A stretch of DNA of 64,000 nucleotides, from assembly GCA_031414535.1 (NCBI GenBank), contig JANNVQ010000014.1:256001-320000 (forward strand). The letters run 5' to 3'. How positions within the stretch are numbered: the first letter of the stretch is position 1; the number at the start of each line of letters is the position of its first letter. This stretch comes from Gemmatimonas sp. (GTDB taxonomy: Bacteria > Gemmatimonadota > Gemmatimonadetes > Gemmatimonadales > Gemmatimonadaceae). A model generated the notes under the pieces. It was not told where the DNA came from. It saw only the letters and a program-made list of their open reading frames with translations, and did not search any database. Both the position numbers and the translations under genes were made by a program. Shown in pieces: positions 51,571-61,773 of the stretch.

Positions 51571-52034
51571 GCGTTTCCCTCTTCTGGAATTGGCTCATTC
51601 TGGGCGAAGTAGGCTTCCGACCGCACCGCTCGGCTATTCGAGCTGGCGGCCTCACGGAGCGTAGAGGCCAGTCGATTCGGCCAATCCCACCGCAATCCCA
51701 CTCGGAATCTTCTTCCAATGCCCCACGCATTAACTCGCCGCGAGGTGAGGGACTCGCGCCGGAGAGTGGGTATGCGAATTCCGGAATCGTGCCGTTTGCG
51801 GGACCAGCTACGTATCCCAGGGCTCTCCATCTCGACTCGAGTTCAGAAGCCCCCGTATCCGCTCACGAAGACGAGCTCCTGTCCTCAGACACTGGCAAGG
51901 CCCCTTACCCACCGCATCCCTCCGCAACAACGGAGTGCCCCGGCGACGAATAGCCGCCAAAGAAGGAGGCTTAATGCGAGCGGGGCGTGCTACGCACTCC
52001 CCGCCCCATCACTGCTCAAACGTCGGCAACCCCG

Positions 52035-54971
52035 TTAGCCACCCGACGTTGTGACATCGTCCGAAAGTCCGACGTCTCGGAGACCGCTCCGTAGCTCATC
52101 AGCCGTGTGCTGGTCCGTAGCAGGCTCGAATGGCATCCGGAACTCAACGCGCACCGTGAGTCCCGGCTTCGACGCGATGCGGGTGAGCACCTTCATGTAG
52201 AACGTGGTCCACTTCTGTATCGGGACTTGACCGGTCCAGCCGAGGGCTCGAGATGTGAGTTGCAGTTCGCTGTGGCGCTTGACGTTGGGAGACTCGTTCA
52301 CTGCCACCGACACTTCCGCTTGCGCGGTGATGTCACCCGCAGCCACACGCACGGCGAACCTCCCGGTCTCCGCTCCAACCACCAGCTGTCCGTCGGGCGA
52401 GATTTCGCCCGTGGTTGTCGACCATGAGAGTGCAGGCTTCGACAGCTCGTGTCCGTACTGATCGAACGCGCCGATGGTAAACTTGGCCTGCTCACCGGGC
52501 TGCAGCACTACGCTGTCGGGGCGCAACGAAAGCAGTGCCAATCGCGGTGGCTCAAGGAGGCGCTGCGCATCAGCAGACTTCAGGATGAAACAGTCTTCTG
52601 CGATTTCGACCTCGTGTTCCGACAGGTCCTCGTTGAATCGAACGAGCACGAGTCGGCCTGACGCATCGCGATGCGCATAGCCGAGCAGTCCCTGCGACAC
52701 GCCAGCCGCTATGCTTCGTTTGACGACCTCGCCGCGAATGAGGCGCGGCAGCAACGGCGACGAGAAGAATGCATCCCTGAGCGCTTTGGTGGACCATTCC
52801 GTGAACGCGGGTGGCCAGTACTTCAGCAACCGGTTTGCACCAACGGCGTCCGTCACTTCGTCGTCCTTAATCATTCGATTGAGGATCAGCTCCGAGTGAC
52901 TTCCCGCCATACTCGACGTGATCTGACCGAGATCTATCTCGCGGATGATGTTGTCTTTGCCGAGTAGATACAGATAGCGGTAGGAGCGCCACACGGCCTC
53001 GCGCAGGTCCTTCTTGGCCCGCTTGAGACTCTCGGTTAGTTGTCGACGCTGAATCTCATCCAACCGACCCTTGCTCTCATCGTCGTCGTCAACGGCTTCC
53101 CATGCGAGCAGACTGCGCGTCGCCTCGACCGCCGTGTTGCCCGGCGCCGGCGCCACAAAGATCAGGGCACTCTTGAACGAGCGCGCTGAAGCTCCGGATT
53201 CACGGACAATCGTCTCCATGAGCTGGCGAGTCATTGGTTCCCCGGCTGGCGTCTCAGGGCCCATGATAACCAGTGTCAGCTCCGGCCGGTCGGGAACGTC
53301 ATTACTCTTCGCCGGCGAGAAGCGGCGTTCGAACGTCTGCTGCCCTTCCTTAAATAGCGCCTCCGTTTCATCTCGCAATCTTTTCGCAATCACGTCGGCC
53401 TTCACCTCGGCTCGGCGCGTGACAAGGATCTGGTTCAGGTTGGGACTGAGGCTGAACCGATAGCGGTTCTTGTCGCCACTCAGGTAGAAAGACGACGCGA
53501 TGAGCTGTTCGAGCACATGGTCGACATCGGCCAGGTTGGTATCGGGCTCACCGACCGCCGTCTTGATCTCCGCGACGCTGGCTTCCGCCCGTGACTGGGA
53601 TTGACCACCATTGCTTTCGAAGAAAATCGCTGTCGCAGTCTTCAGATGAAGACGAGACTTCCTGATCGACTCCGTGGCTTCCTTGTCGAGTCGCGCCGCG
53701 TGCGAGTCGTTTCGGCCAGTGATGTCCGAGATGACGGGTACTTCGAGGCGATCAGAGCCGAGCTGCTCGAACACCGCTGCTCGAAACGTCGGATCGTCGA
53801 GCGGAGCGGACCCCAAGGTTATTAGCGGCTCCTTCGCTGCCTGTCGATGCTCCTCCTGATATGCTCGCGCGACCCAAAGGGCGAGCAATCGCAGCACTCC
53901 CCGGGTTCGTTGAAAGCGCGGCAATCCTTGCCACTTTCGTTCGAACACCGACAGCACGGACGGGTGGAACGGGTACGCTGACAGAAACAGGTCGTAAGCG
54001 GACGCGGCGTCGATGCCTGCTAGCTCGCCATTGTGCGCCACGGCCCAGCCGGCGTACTCCGAGATGGTCTTCTTGGCGTCCACAGAACTCCCGTGCCACT
54101 CAAACAAACGACGGCGGATGATCTCGGCGAACTCGGTCTCGGCGCTCATCATGATCGCTTTTCCGACGCGGTCGAGCAGTTTCTTCAGGGATTCGTGGTC
54201 ACGCTGATCCTCAGCGTTCATCTCTAGTTCCGATGCGGGGATCGAAACGCAGAGCACCATGTTGTCGCGTGCTCGGGCTTCCTCGGAGAGATTCTGGAGA
54301 AAGTTGTAGAGCTGGTCTCCGAGCTTGAGTTTCCGCGCACGGCTCACGTAGTTTAGCAACTCATCCATCAGGATCAGCACAGGCCCGGCGGGGAGCATCT
54401 TTCGAATCACGTCTCCCGCAGGCGCGATCCCATCCGCGTCATGCTTTGCGACGGTCTCGAACGCCTTTTCGCCGCCGAGCTGCCAGGCGATCTCCCCCCA
54501 AGGAGTGCGACGCTGCGGCTCGCCCTTGCCGCCGCGACCGTCGATCACGTCGAACTCCGTTCCTACGAATACCGCAACCGCCGCCGTGGGAACCTGTGTC
54601 ACACCAGCCCGAGAGAGGATGCCATCTACGCCCTTCCACTCGGCTGCCGCCTTGCCGCCGTTAGCGAGGTGATACAGCGCTGTGAGAGAGTGTGTCTTTC
54701 CACCGCCAAACTGCGTGGCCATGTTGAAGACGGCCGACGTCTCGACCTTTATACCGGAAAGCCGGCGCACGACCTGGCTCGATAAGTCGAGCAGGCTCTT
54801 CGTCAGGTAGGTACGGTCGAAAAAGCGCCCCGGTTCCAGATAGTCGGGATGGGCCCGGTGATCGCGGATGTGGTCGAGATGTACCGCGAACTCGCTGGCA
54901 TCGAGCGGGCGGTTGTCGCGCAAATCTTCGCGCGGAGTCACCACCTGGTACCACGGTTTCAGTTTGGCCAT
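52035..54971 (-). CDS. DUF499 family AAA+ ATPase with C-terminal Ig-like domain
   Basis: KPWYQVVTPREDL..SEFAVHL, QFGGGKTHSL (Walker A), ILMDEL (Walker B), EIIRRRLF, YPFHP, FQRTRGVLRLL. Confidence 0.88.
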   Translation of the reverse strand: MAKLKPWYQVVTPREDLRDNRPLDASEFAVHLDHIRDHRAHPDYLEPGRFFDRTYLTKSLLDLSSQVVRRLSGIKVETSAVFNMATQFGGGKTHSLTALYHLANGGKAAAEWKGVDGILSRAGVTQVPTAAVAVFVGTEFDVIDGRGGKGEPQRRTPWGEIAWQLGGEKAFETVAKHDADGIAPAGDVIRKMLPAGPVLILMDELLNYVSRARKLKLGDQLYNFLQNLSEEARARDNMVLCVSIPASELEMNAEDQRDHESLKKLLDRVGKAIMMSAETEFAEIIRRRLFEWHGSSVDAKKTISEYAGWAVAHNGELAGIDAASAYDLFLSAYPFHPSVLSVFERKWQGLPRFQRTRGVLRLLALWVARAYQEEHRQAAKEPLITLGSAPLDDPTFRAAVFEQLGSDRLEVPVISDITGRNDSHAARLDKEATESIRKSRLHLKTATAIFFESNGGQSQSRAEASVAEIKTAVGEPDTNLADVDHVLEQLIASSFYLSGDKNRYRFSLSPNLNQILVTRRAEVKADVIAKRLRDETEALFKEGQQTFERRFSPAKSNDVPDRPELTLVIMGPETPAGEPMTRQLMETIVRESGASARSFKSALIFVAPAPGNTAVEATRSLLAWEAVDDDDESKGRLDEIQRRQLTESLKRAKKDLREAVWRSYRYLYLLGKDNIIREIDLGQITSSMAGSHSELILNRMIKDDEVTDAVGANRLLKYWPPAFTEWSTKALRDAFFSSPLLPRLIRGEVVKRSIAAGVSQGLLGYAHRDASGRLVLVRFNEDLSEHEVEIAEDCFILKSADAQRLLEPPRLALLSLRPDSVVLQPGEQAKFTIGAFDQYGHELSKPALSWSTTTGEISPDGQLVVGAETGRFAVRVAAGDITAQAEVSVAVNESPNVKRHSELQLTSRALGWTGQVPIQKWTTFYMKVLTRIASKPGLTVRVEFRMPFEPATDQHTADELRSGLRDVGLSDDVTTSGG

Positions 54972-54995
54972 TTGTTATCCGTTCGAAGTCGTAGC

Positions 54996-57926
54996 TCAGA
55001 GATTGAAACTCTTACGGCGGGCGAGCAAACCGTCCACCCATCGCTTCTCATCAGTTCCCGGTGGATACAAGGCCGAAAGCGACTGCGCGACTCGCCAGAA
55101 TCGAGTATCGGTGCCGGCCCCGTCCTCCGTAAGGAATCGCTTGAGTGCCTCTCCGCGACCCGCCGAGAACAGCAGCATGCACTGATGGACCTTATCCAAG
55201 GTCGTACCAGAAGAAGCATTGTGGCCCACTTCAGAACTGGTAGACGGTGCAGCCTTCGACATCTCAGCCTCGGAGAACAGCGTCCCCTGTGGTCCATTCG
55301 TCGACCGGCCTACCACACGGCGCTGCACTTCCGTCGAATCGGTGAACAGCCAACGGGCGCGCTCGGCGACCGACAAGAGCCGGGCGGTCTCGCCCTTGAC
55401 CTCGACAAGTGTCCCGAGCTCCTCCAAGTGAGCCCCGAGTCCTTGAGCAATCTTTCTCGCGGCGTCGAATTCCAGAACGTAGCCGCGAACCGGACTCGAC
55501 TTTGCGTCGCTTCCGTCGTCCTCATCCGCTGCGTCGTTCTCTGACTCCTCGGTGGCCGTACTCGGCCGACCGGCTCCCACCGTCCAAAGCCACATGGCCG
55601 TCAAGCGCGCGTCCGGTTCGAGACCTGCAGAGTCGGCACCATCGAAGATGGTGGAGAGTGCCTCGTTCGCGACCGCTCCCCATACGTGTTCCAAGTATTC
55701 GGAAAGCGCCACAACGTCGCCATTGGACTTCTCAACGCGGCTGTATCGGCTGAAGACCTCCAGTGCCGGCCCGATACATGCGAAGATTGCATCTGCACCC
55801 ACAATGCCTTCCTTGGCGAGCCGCGGCATCCATTCGTGAATGCGTCCGGGTAACGCTGAAATCACGTCGCGCCAGTCACCGACCGAGTCAGTTTCCACTT
55901 GCCCGTCTGGGCGCTCTCGTGGGCGGCAAACAAGGAAGATGGACGACTGGAGTGACGCCGAAGCCTGAGCGCGCGTTCTATTCTGCATCTCTGTGTCGAC
56001 CGGCCACGACGCAGTCACGACCCATCCGCCTTCGATCACGGCGCGGAGCATTGCCTCCCACGCTGTGGTACTGCTGTCGGCAAACACGATACAAGCGATC
56101 CCGCTTGGCTTTGTGATCTCGCGCGCTTTCGCCAGCGCTTGTGTCATTCCCTGCGAGAAGAACTCTTCATCTTTTGGTTCACCCGAAGGACCTGTCGCTG
56201 AGTTGGTGACAATCAACTCGCGTTGCTTTGCGACGAGTTCATCTCGAAAGTACGCGGCGTCGCGTCCGCGAAGCCCACGCTTTAGCCAGACGTAGAACAC
56301 ATCCGACAGGTCAGCGTACGGAATCGCCGCAAAATACGGAGGATCCGTGCAAAAGACGTCGACTGAATCGGCAGGCAACGGGACAGTTTCGGCGCTCGCA
56401 CATTCGACGCGACCGGCGTGGTCGAGTATGAGATTCGACTGCAAGACCTTCGCAACCCACTGCACAGCCGCCGGCCAACTCGCCATGACGTCATGGGTCG
56501 GATTGGATTCAGCAAAGTCCCACAGTATCTGAAGGGCTTGCTTGGAAAAGAGCCCTTCGATCTTACTTCCAGTGTTGTTCCAGCGCGAAAGCGACGTGTT
56601 CTGCATTACAAGTCGGTCAAGCGCCAAGTGCAGAAGAGTCTCGACCGCGTCGTCCAATGCCTTGTCGGCTGCGCTCTTCTGGTCCAGAGATGAGTGAATT
56701 GCGTCCTGGAAGGCGACGATTGCCACCGCCTGACGAGCCGTGTAGAGGTCCAAGAAGCGGCGCATGCCAAACCGCGTCACGCCACTGATGCCCCTTGTAT
56801 TCGCATAGGGACGAGTCGGATTGATAGGCTCCGTGGGAAACACACCCGGTCGGCGCTTCTGCATATCCGCGTAGGCAGCGGTAGCGGCAGCGACAGCGGC
56901 CACATCATTCCTGTTTGGAGCGCGAAACGAACGGGCTCCGTTGTGCTCGACCAAGACCGCATATAGGCGCGCCGTGTTCGCTCCTCCGAACACGGCCGTC
57001 ATCTGCTCCTTTACACGCTTCGCCGACGTCGTGTAGCCGCAGCGCACGCAGGTAGCCTTTCCACCACTCACGGTGGCTGTAGTTCGCTTTTCAATGCCGC
57101 TGACTAGCTCGGTGAGGACCTTGCGCCCAGAGGCGGATACCAGCACGTGCGCGACGGGCGACTTTCGCGAGAGCTGGGTAGCGCGCAGCAACGGCAGTTC
57201 CACACCGCATCCTGGGCCCTCGCACTGGATAGTACGCGCCCAGAGGTAGGCGATGGGAACCGCCTTGTTGGCGTCACGTGGATAGAGCGGCGCGAGCGTC
57301 CGTTGCGCCTCCTCAAGCACCGCGTTCGCACGTTCGCGAAGGCGATCGATCAAACGTTGACCGAAAGCGGGCAGGTACTCCAGAATCACCTTGTTAAGGA
57401 GAACAGGCACCGGGTTAAGGTCGGACGCAAACGCGTCCGCGCCTATCCGCACTGCTTCCAGAGGTATTGCTCCGCCACCAGCAAAAGGATCAACGACGAG
57501 CGGACGAGTCCCCCTCTCGCCCCCGAGTGCTTCGTGGGCCGCGTTCACAAGAGCACGGGCAGTCTCCAAGAAAATTCGTTCGTCAGCGTGATCCCAGTTT
57601 GCGAACTCAGCGATAAAGTCGAGCAGCCCGAGTCGCAGCGCCATCGGATTCCGCCAGTCGCGTTCCTCTCCGCCTCGCTCATCGCGGAACTTCTTGAGCC
57701 ATGTTCCGCAAGAATTGACAAAGGACGCTGGACATTCCGGGTCTGCAGGGTCCGGCAAGAGGGCGCCAAGCAACGCGGCTCGCGCGGACGCAAGCGGACG
57801 CCGGGCCCACCAGATGTGGAGCGTCGAGATATGTCCGTGACGTAGAGTCTTCTCTCGGCGCGATTGATTCGACACCTCTGCAATCGGCAGGTCAACTTCG
57901 ATGAGGCGCTTAGGGTAGTTGTGCAT
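54996..57926 (-). CDS. DUF1156-containing adenine-specific DNA methyltransferase
   Basis: KRLIEVDLPI, LHIWWARRPL, DPFAGGG (motif I), TDPPY (motif IV), Zn-ribbon Cys pairs; start at ATG 57926. Confidence 0.9.
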   Translation of the reverse strand: MHNYPKRLIEVDLPIAEVSNQSRREKTLRHGHISTLHIWWARRPLASARAALLGALLPDPADPECPASFVNSCGTWLKKFRDERGGEERDWRNPMALRLGLLDFIAEFANWDHADERIFLETARALVNAAHEALGGERGTRPLVVDPFAGGGAIPLEAVRIGADAFASDLNPVPVLLNKVILEYLPAFGQRLIDRLRERANAVLEEAQRTLAPLYPRDANKAVPIAYLWARTIQCEGPGCGVELPLLRATQLSRKSPVAHVLVSASGRKVLTELVSGIEKRTTATVSGGKATCVRCGYTTSAKRVKEQMTAVFGGANTARLYAVLVEHNGARSFRAPNRNDVAAVAAATAAYADMQKRRPGVFPTEPINPTRPYANTRGISGVTRFGMRRFLDLYTARQAVAIVAFQDAIHSSLDQKSAADKALDDAVETLLHLALDRLVMQNTSLSRWNNTGSKIEGLFSKQALQILWDFAESNPTHDVMASWPAAVQWVAKVLQSNLILDHAGRVECASAETVPLPADSVDVFCTDPPYFAAIPYADLSDVFYVWLKRGLRGRDAAYFRDELVAKQRELIVTNSATGPSGEPKDEEFFSQGMTQALAKAREITKPSGIACIVFADSSTTAWEAMLRAVIEGGWVVTASWPVDTEMQNRTRAQASASLQSSIFLVCRPRERPDGQVETDSVGDWRDVISALPGRIHEWMPRLAKEGIVGADAIFACIGPALEVFSRYSRVEKSNGDVVALSEYLEHVWGAVANEALSTIFDGADSAGLEPDARLTAMWLWTVGAGRPSTATEESENDAADEDDGSDAKSSPVRGYVLEFDAARKIAQGLGAHLEELGTLVEVKGETARLLSVAERARWLFTDSTEVQRRVVGRSTNGPQGTLFSEAEMSKAAPSTSSEVGHNASSGTTLDKVHQCMLLFSAGRGEALKRFLTEDGAGTDTRFWRVAQSLSALYPPGTDEKRWVDGLLARRKSFNL

Positions 57927-57936
57927 TCGCTCTCGA

Positions 57937-60900
57937 CTAAGCCGGGACTGCGGCTGCGGTGAGTTGCGACATCGCGAGCCGATAGTGTTCGACGACGACA
58001 ACCGCCTGCCAGCCAAGGGTCGCGGGGTTGTTGATCAGACGAAGGTCAGGCTTCGAACTGCAGTTGAACACGACATAGAGCCAATAGTCGCCGCCGAGCC
58101 GCTCAGCCGTCCGGTGTTCGTTCGAGGTTAGCGCGACATCGCCGACAGCGGAGCGTCCCTTCACCTCGATGAAACGCACTTCAGTGAAAGTCTTGACGTC
58201 TTCCGGGTGCGGCTTTCGCGAAATCAGATCGAAGCCACGATTCTCGCTCTCGACGCTCTCGACCACCCAACCGCGAGCGCGTTCGTACGCCATCGCCGTG
58301 TCGACCGCGATCCGTTCGACCTCCTCATCGCGAACCATGGGCGCGTACTGTGGCTCCGCCCGCTCCGGGTGAGGCAACACCCACGCGCGCCCAAGATGCG
58401 TAAGATCGCTCACAGTACAGTGCCGCTCCATGTCCAAGTCCTTGCGGCGCGCATCGAGGCGGTTGTTGAGCGTATCCAGGTGCGTCTCAGCCTGAGCGAT
58501 AATGCCATCAAGGCCCGGGGTGGTGCGACCGTCCTCCTGACGACTCAGAAACTCCGCGAGCTGGAGTTGCTGTCGGTCGATGAGCGCCTGAAGACTGATT
58601 TCGACGTGTTGCGCGATTCGGTCAACCTCCTGAGAGCGCTGGGTAGCGGTCTCCGCAAGCCAAGGCGCGAGGCTCTGCGAGTACAAGTGCTCTTCGGAGA
58701 CTTGGCGTGCCGGCAGCGGCAGGTCCGGCGCAAGCGTCCCCTTAGGCGCTGGGTTTACGTCGTGAAAGACTGTCGGCTGCCTGATCGTTACCGTGCCGTT
58801 CGGAGCTGTCTCAACCACGAACAGTCTCCGGTGCAAGGTGTTGCCGCGCCCGTCCTTGATGGAAGCCGCAAAGACGTCCCACAGCGCCGACTCCTTTCGG
58901 TGCAAATCAAAGAACACCGTACCGCGGTTGAGATCGTCTGCCGTGCGCTCGGCAATTTCCGTACGAACTGCCTCGAAGAGCGGATGGCCCGGAGTGACCC
59001 ATTCGAGCGTTGGGTCTGCTTCCAGCAACTGCTTATCGAAGACGACCTTGCCGAACTCTCTTCCCAGTCGCCCGTATCGCGGCTCTTGCCGATCACCGAT
59101 GGCGACGAGCAGGCGCGGAATCTTGCCGATACGGTAGATGTGCGTACTCGGCCCTGTGGGATTTGGCGAAAGCCCTGCTTCGGCAGCTGATGCGGTGAAG
59201 AAATCTTCGATCACCTCGGGGACGAGGCGACGTTCCTTCGCTTCAACCGCGCGATTGATAAGCGACGAGAGATTCAGATTACGCCGTGCAAGACCTTCAA
59301 GGGCGCTTTCGGTAATTGCTCTGAAACGCTCGGGGTCGACGTCGTGCACAATCCGATCCTGCACCTGATTCACGTCGAGTTGACGGAGGTACATCTCGCG
59401 GAACAGTCGCTCGATAGTTGATGCCGGAAGCACTTCTCCAACGACGTCAAAGACCTGGTCGGTTCCGAGCTCGTTCCGGATCTCTTTGAGACGATCAAGC
59501 AACTTCTGCAGCACGCGTCCTTCGCGCGTGTTCTGCGCAACGAAATTGAAGACGAGGCAATCGTGCTCCTGTCCGTAACGATGGATGCGTCCGACTCGCT
59601 GTTCGAGGCGCATCGGATTCCAAGGGATGTCGTAGTTCACCATGAACCAACAGAACTGCAGATTGATTCCTTCCCCCGCCGCTTCCGTGGCGACGAGCAC
59701 CTGACAGCTTTCTCGGAACTCCCGCTCCGCGTAGATACGGGAACCGGGCGTGTCGCGGTCTCCGATCTTCATTCCGCCGTGGATCTGTGTGACGGATAGT
59801 CCCATGTCGCGGAGACGCCCTACAAGGAAGTCGAGCGAATCTTTGTGCTCCGTGAAAATGAGCACTTTCATGGTTGGGTCTGAGAACACCCCCTCTTCGG
59901 ACAGGAGCGTCTTGAGTCGCGTGAGCTTGCTTTCAACCTCGCGTTTCTCGAGGGCGCACGCTTGGATGATGAGCTTTTCGAGATTGGCGATCTCTTCGCG
60001 GAGCGACGTAGGGTCTACTGACGCAACCACGTCCTCGAGTTTCGCGAGAATCTCCTGCTTTTCTTCGTCTTCGAGTTCGTCAAAGTCATCAGGCACTTGC
60101 CGATCGATTTGCGCTTTGCGGTACGCTTCCGGATCCTCAAGTATCAGACTCCGCTTGTCTTTCATGCGCTCAAGCGTTCGACGCACCGCGTAGACTGTCG
60201 ACGCCATGCGGCGCTGCAGCATCGCCATGGTGAATCCGACGGCTCGGCCGCGTGTTGCATCCTCGCTCGATGCACGAATGCTCTGGTCCTCGACGTAGTG
60301 CGTCAACGAGTCGTAGAAATCGAGCTCGTCCCCGTCGAGGTCGAACGCGGCGGTACGCACCTCGCGTTTTGTGAATAGCTTGCGCACTTCCCCCGTCTCC
60401 GGATCGGGGAAAGTGACTAGCGCTTCCTTGGTACGCCTCAGGTAGAACGGTGCAACGTTCTTACGCATGGCCTCCTTCAGACTCGCCACGTCGCCGTAGA
60501 CGTCCTTGTCAAGCAACGCGAGGAAGAGACAGAAGTTCTCCGGGTCTCCTTTATGAGGCGTTGCTGTCATGAGGAGATAGTGATCGGTCATCGTCGACAG
60601 CGACTCGCCCAGACGGTATGCAAGCGTCTTCCGGTCGTCGGCGTACGCCGCCATCTTGTGCGCCTCATCGACGATCACCAGGTCCCACCGGGATCTGAGC
60701 AAGCTTTCGCGCGCATCTTCTATCCGCGACACCCAGGATACCGACGTGATCGCCTGATCTACGTCTTGCCACGGATTCTGGCCGTAATTGGCGCGAAGCA
60801 CATCGCTCCTGATGACGCTAAAATCCTCCCGAAACTTGTCCTTCATTTCGCGCTGCCACTGGAACGTCAGGTTGGCCGGTGTGACGATCAGTACCCGCTT

Positions 60901-61344
60901 CACCAAGCCACGCGCCTTGAGTTCCTTGAGCAGCAAACCGGCCATCACCGTCTTGCCGGCGCCTGGATCGTCGGCCAGAAGGAAGCGGATTCGCGGGAGT
61001 GGTAGGAAGTAGTCGTACACTGCCTCCAGTTGGTGAGGCAGCGGATCTACCCTTGCGATGGAAAGCGAGAAATAGGGGTCGTATTCGTAGGCGAGGCCAA
61101 GTCGAACGGCCTCGACTCCGAGGCGAAACTTCCGCGCATCACCGTCGAACGGATCGCGGTCGGCCGAGACCGTGAGTTGCGCCAGCTGAGCCATTGTGAG
61201 GATCGGATCGCGCGTCAGACCCGTTTCCAGTCCGCGTCCAATCACTTTCACGGCCTGCCCCATCGGCTGAACCGCAAGCACTTCGATCGGCTCAGGAAGC
61301 GTGGGTCCGCGGACGATCATCCCGGGCCGGAGGGGTTCTCTCAT
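57937..61344 (-). CDS. SNF2-family helicase with C-terminal DUF3883 (PD-(D/E)XK-like) domain
   Basis: LPHQ, LADDPGAGKT, DEAH, TATPH, EGINLQ, EQRVGRIHR; C-terminal GFDLISR..FIEVKGR; start at ATG 61344. Confidence 0.92.
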   Translation of the reverse strand: MREPLRPGMIVRGPTLPEPIEVLAVQPMGQAVKVIGRGLETGLTRDPILTMAQLAQLTVSADRDPFDGDARKFRLGVEAVRLGLAYEYDPYFSLSIARVDPLPHQLEAVYDYFLPLPRIRFLLADDPGAGKTVMAGLLLKELKARGLVKRVLIVTPANLTFQWQREMKDKFREDFSVIRSDVLRANYGQNPWQDVDQAITSVSWVSRIEDARESLLRSRWDLVIVDEAHKMAAYADDRKTLAYRLGESLSTMTDHYLLMTATPHKGDPENFCLFLALLDKDVYGDVASLKEAMRKNVAPFYLRRTKEALVTFPDPETGEVRKLFTKREVRTAAFDLDGDELDFYDSLTHYVEDQSIRASSEDATRGRAVGFTMAMLQRRMASTVYAVRRTLERMKDKRSLILEDPEAYRKAQIDRQVPDDFDELEDEEKQEILAKLEDVVASVDPTSLREEIANLEKLIIQACALEKREVESKLTRLKTLLSEEGVFSDPTMKVLIFTEHKDSLDFLVGRLRDMGLSVTQIHGGMKIGDRDTPGSRIYAEREFRESCQVLVATEAAGEGINLQFCWFMVNYDIPWNPMRLEQRVGRIHRYGQEHDCLVFNFVAQNTREGRVLQKLLDRLKEIRNELGTDQVFDVVGEVLPASTIERLFREMYLRQLDVNQVQDRIVHDVDPERFRAITESALEGLARRNLNLSSLINRAVEAKERRLVPEVIEDFFTASAAEAGLSPNPTGPSTHIYRIGKIPRLLVAIGDRQEPRYGRLGREFGKVVFDKQLLEADPTLEWVTPGHPLFEAVRTEIAERTADDLNRGTVFFDLHRKESALWDVFAASIKDGRGNTLHRRLFVVETAPNGTVTIRQPTVFHDVNPAPKGTLAPDLPLPARQVSEEHLYSQSLAPWLAETATQRSQEVDRIAQHVEISLQALIDRQQLQLAEFLSRQEDGRTTPGLDGIIAQAETHLDTLNNRLDARRKDLDMERHCTVSDLTHLGRAWVLPHPERAEPQYAPMVRDEEVERIAVDTAMAYERARGWVVESVESENRGFDLISRKPHPEDVKTFTEVRFIEVKGRSAVGDVALTSNEHRTAERLGGDYWLYVVFNCSSKPDLRLINNPATLGWQAVVVVEHYRLAMSQLTAAAVPA

Positions 61345-61773
61345 TCGCTGCGGGTTTCCTGATGTGGCCCGGCGCGGCGGAAGAATGCCGGGCACGGGCG
61401 CATGGATTGAGCAAAGCGTCGTGTTATCGGAAGGAAAACTACCCGCCGGGTCTGGGGCTGACGAGTAGTCGTCTGCGGTGATCGCGGCGATGCACGATCC
61501 GCACTGCCCTCCCGCCGCTCATCGCAGCCGCTTGACCGCAGCATCGAACGTGGAACTGATGTGGTATCGGACACGAAGGTACGTTCGCCCTCCGACAATC
61601 GAGCCGGTAAGTCGTCCAATCTTCATTCCGAGCCAGCTGCTGAGCCGGATTCGCGATCAAGCTGGCATCGGCTCGTCTCTCTGGCACACTACTGGCACAC
61701 AAGACAACAATGCGACGCGGTCGCAAGCCACGCGACTGCATTGCAAATTGTTTAACAACAATCACTTACAGCA

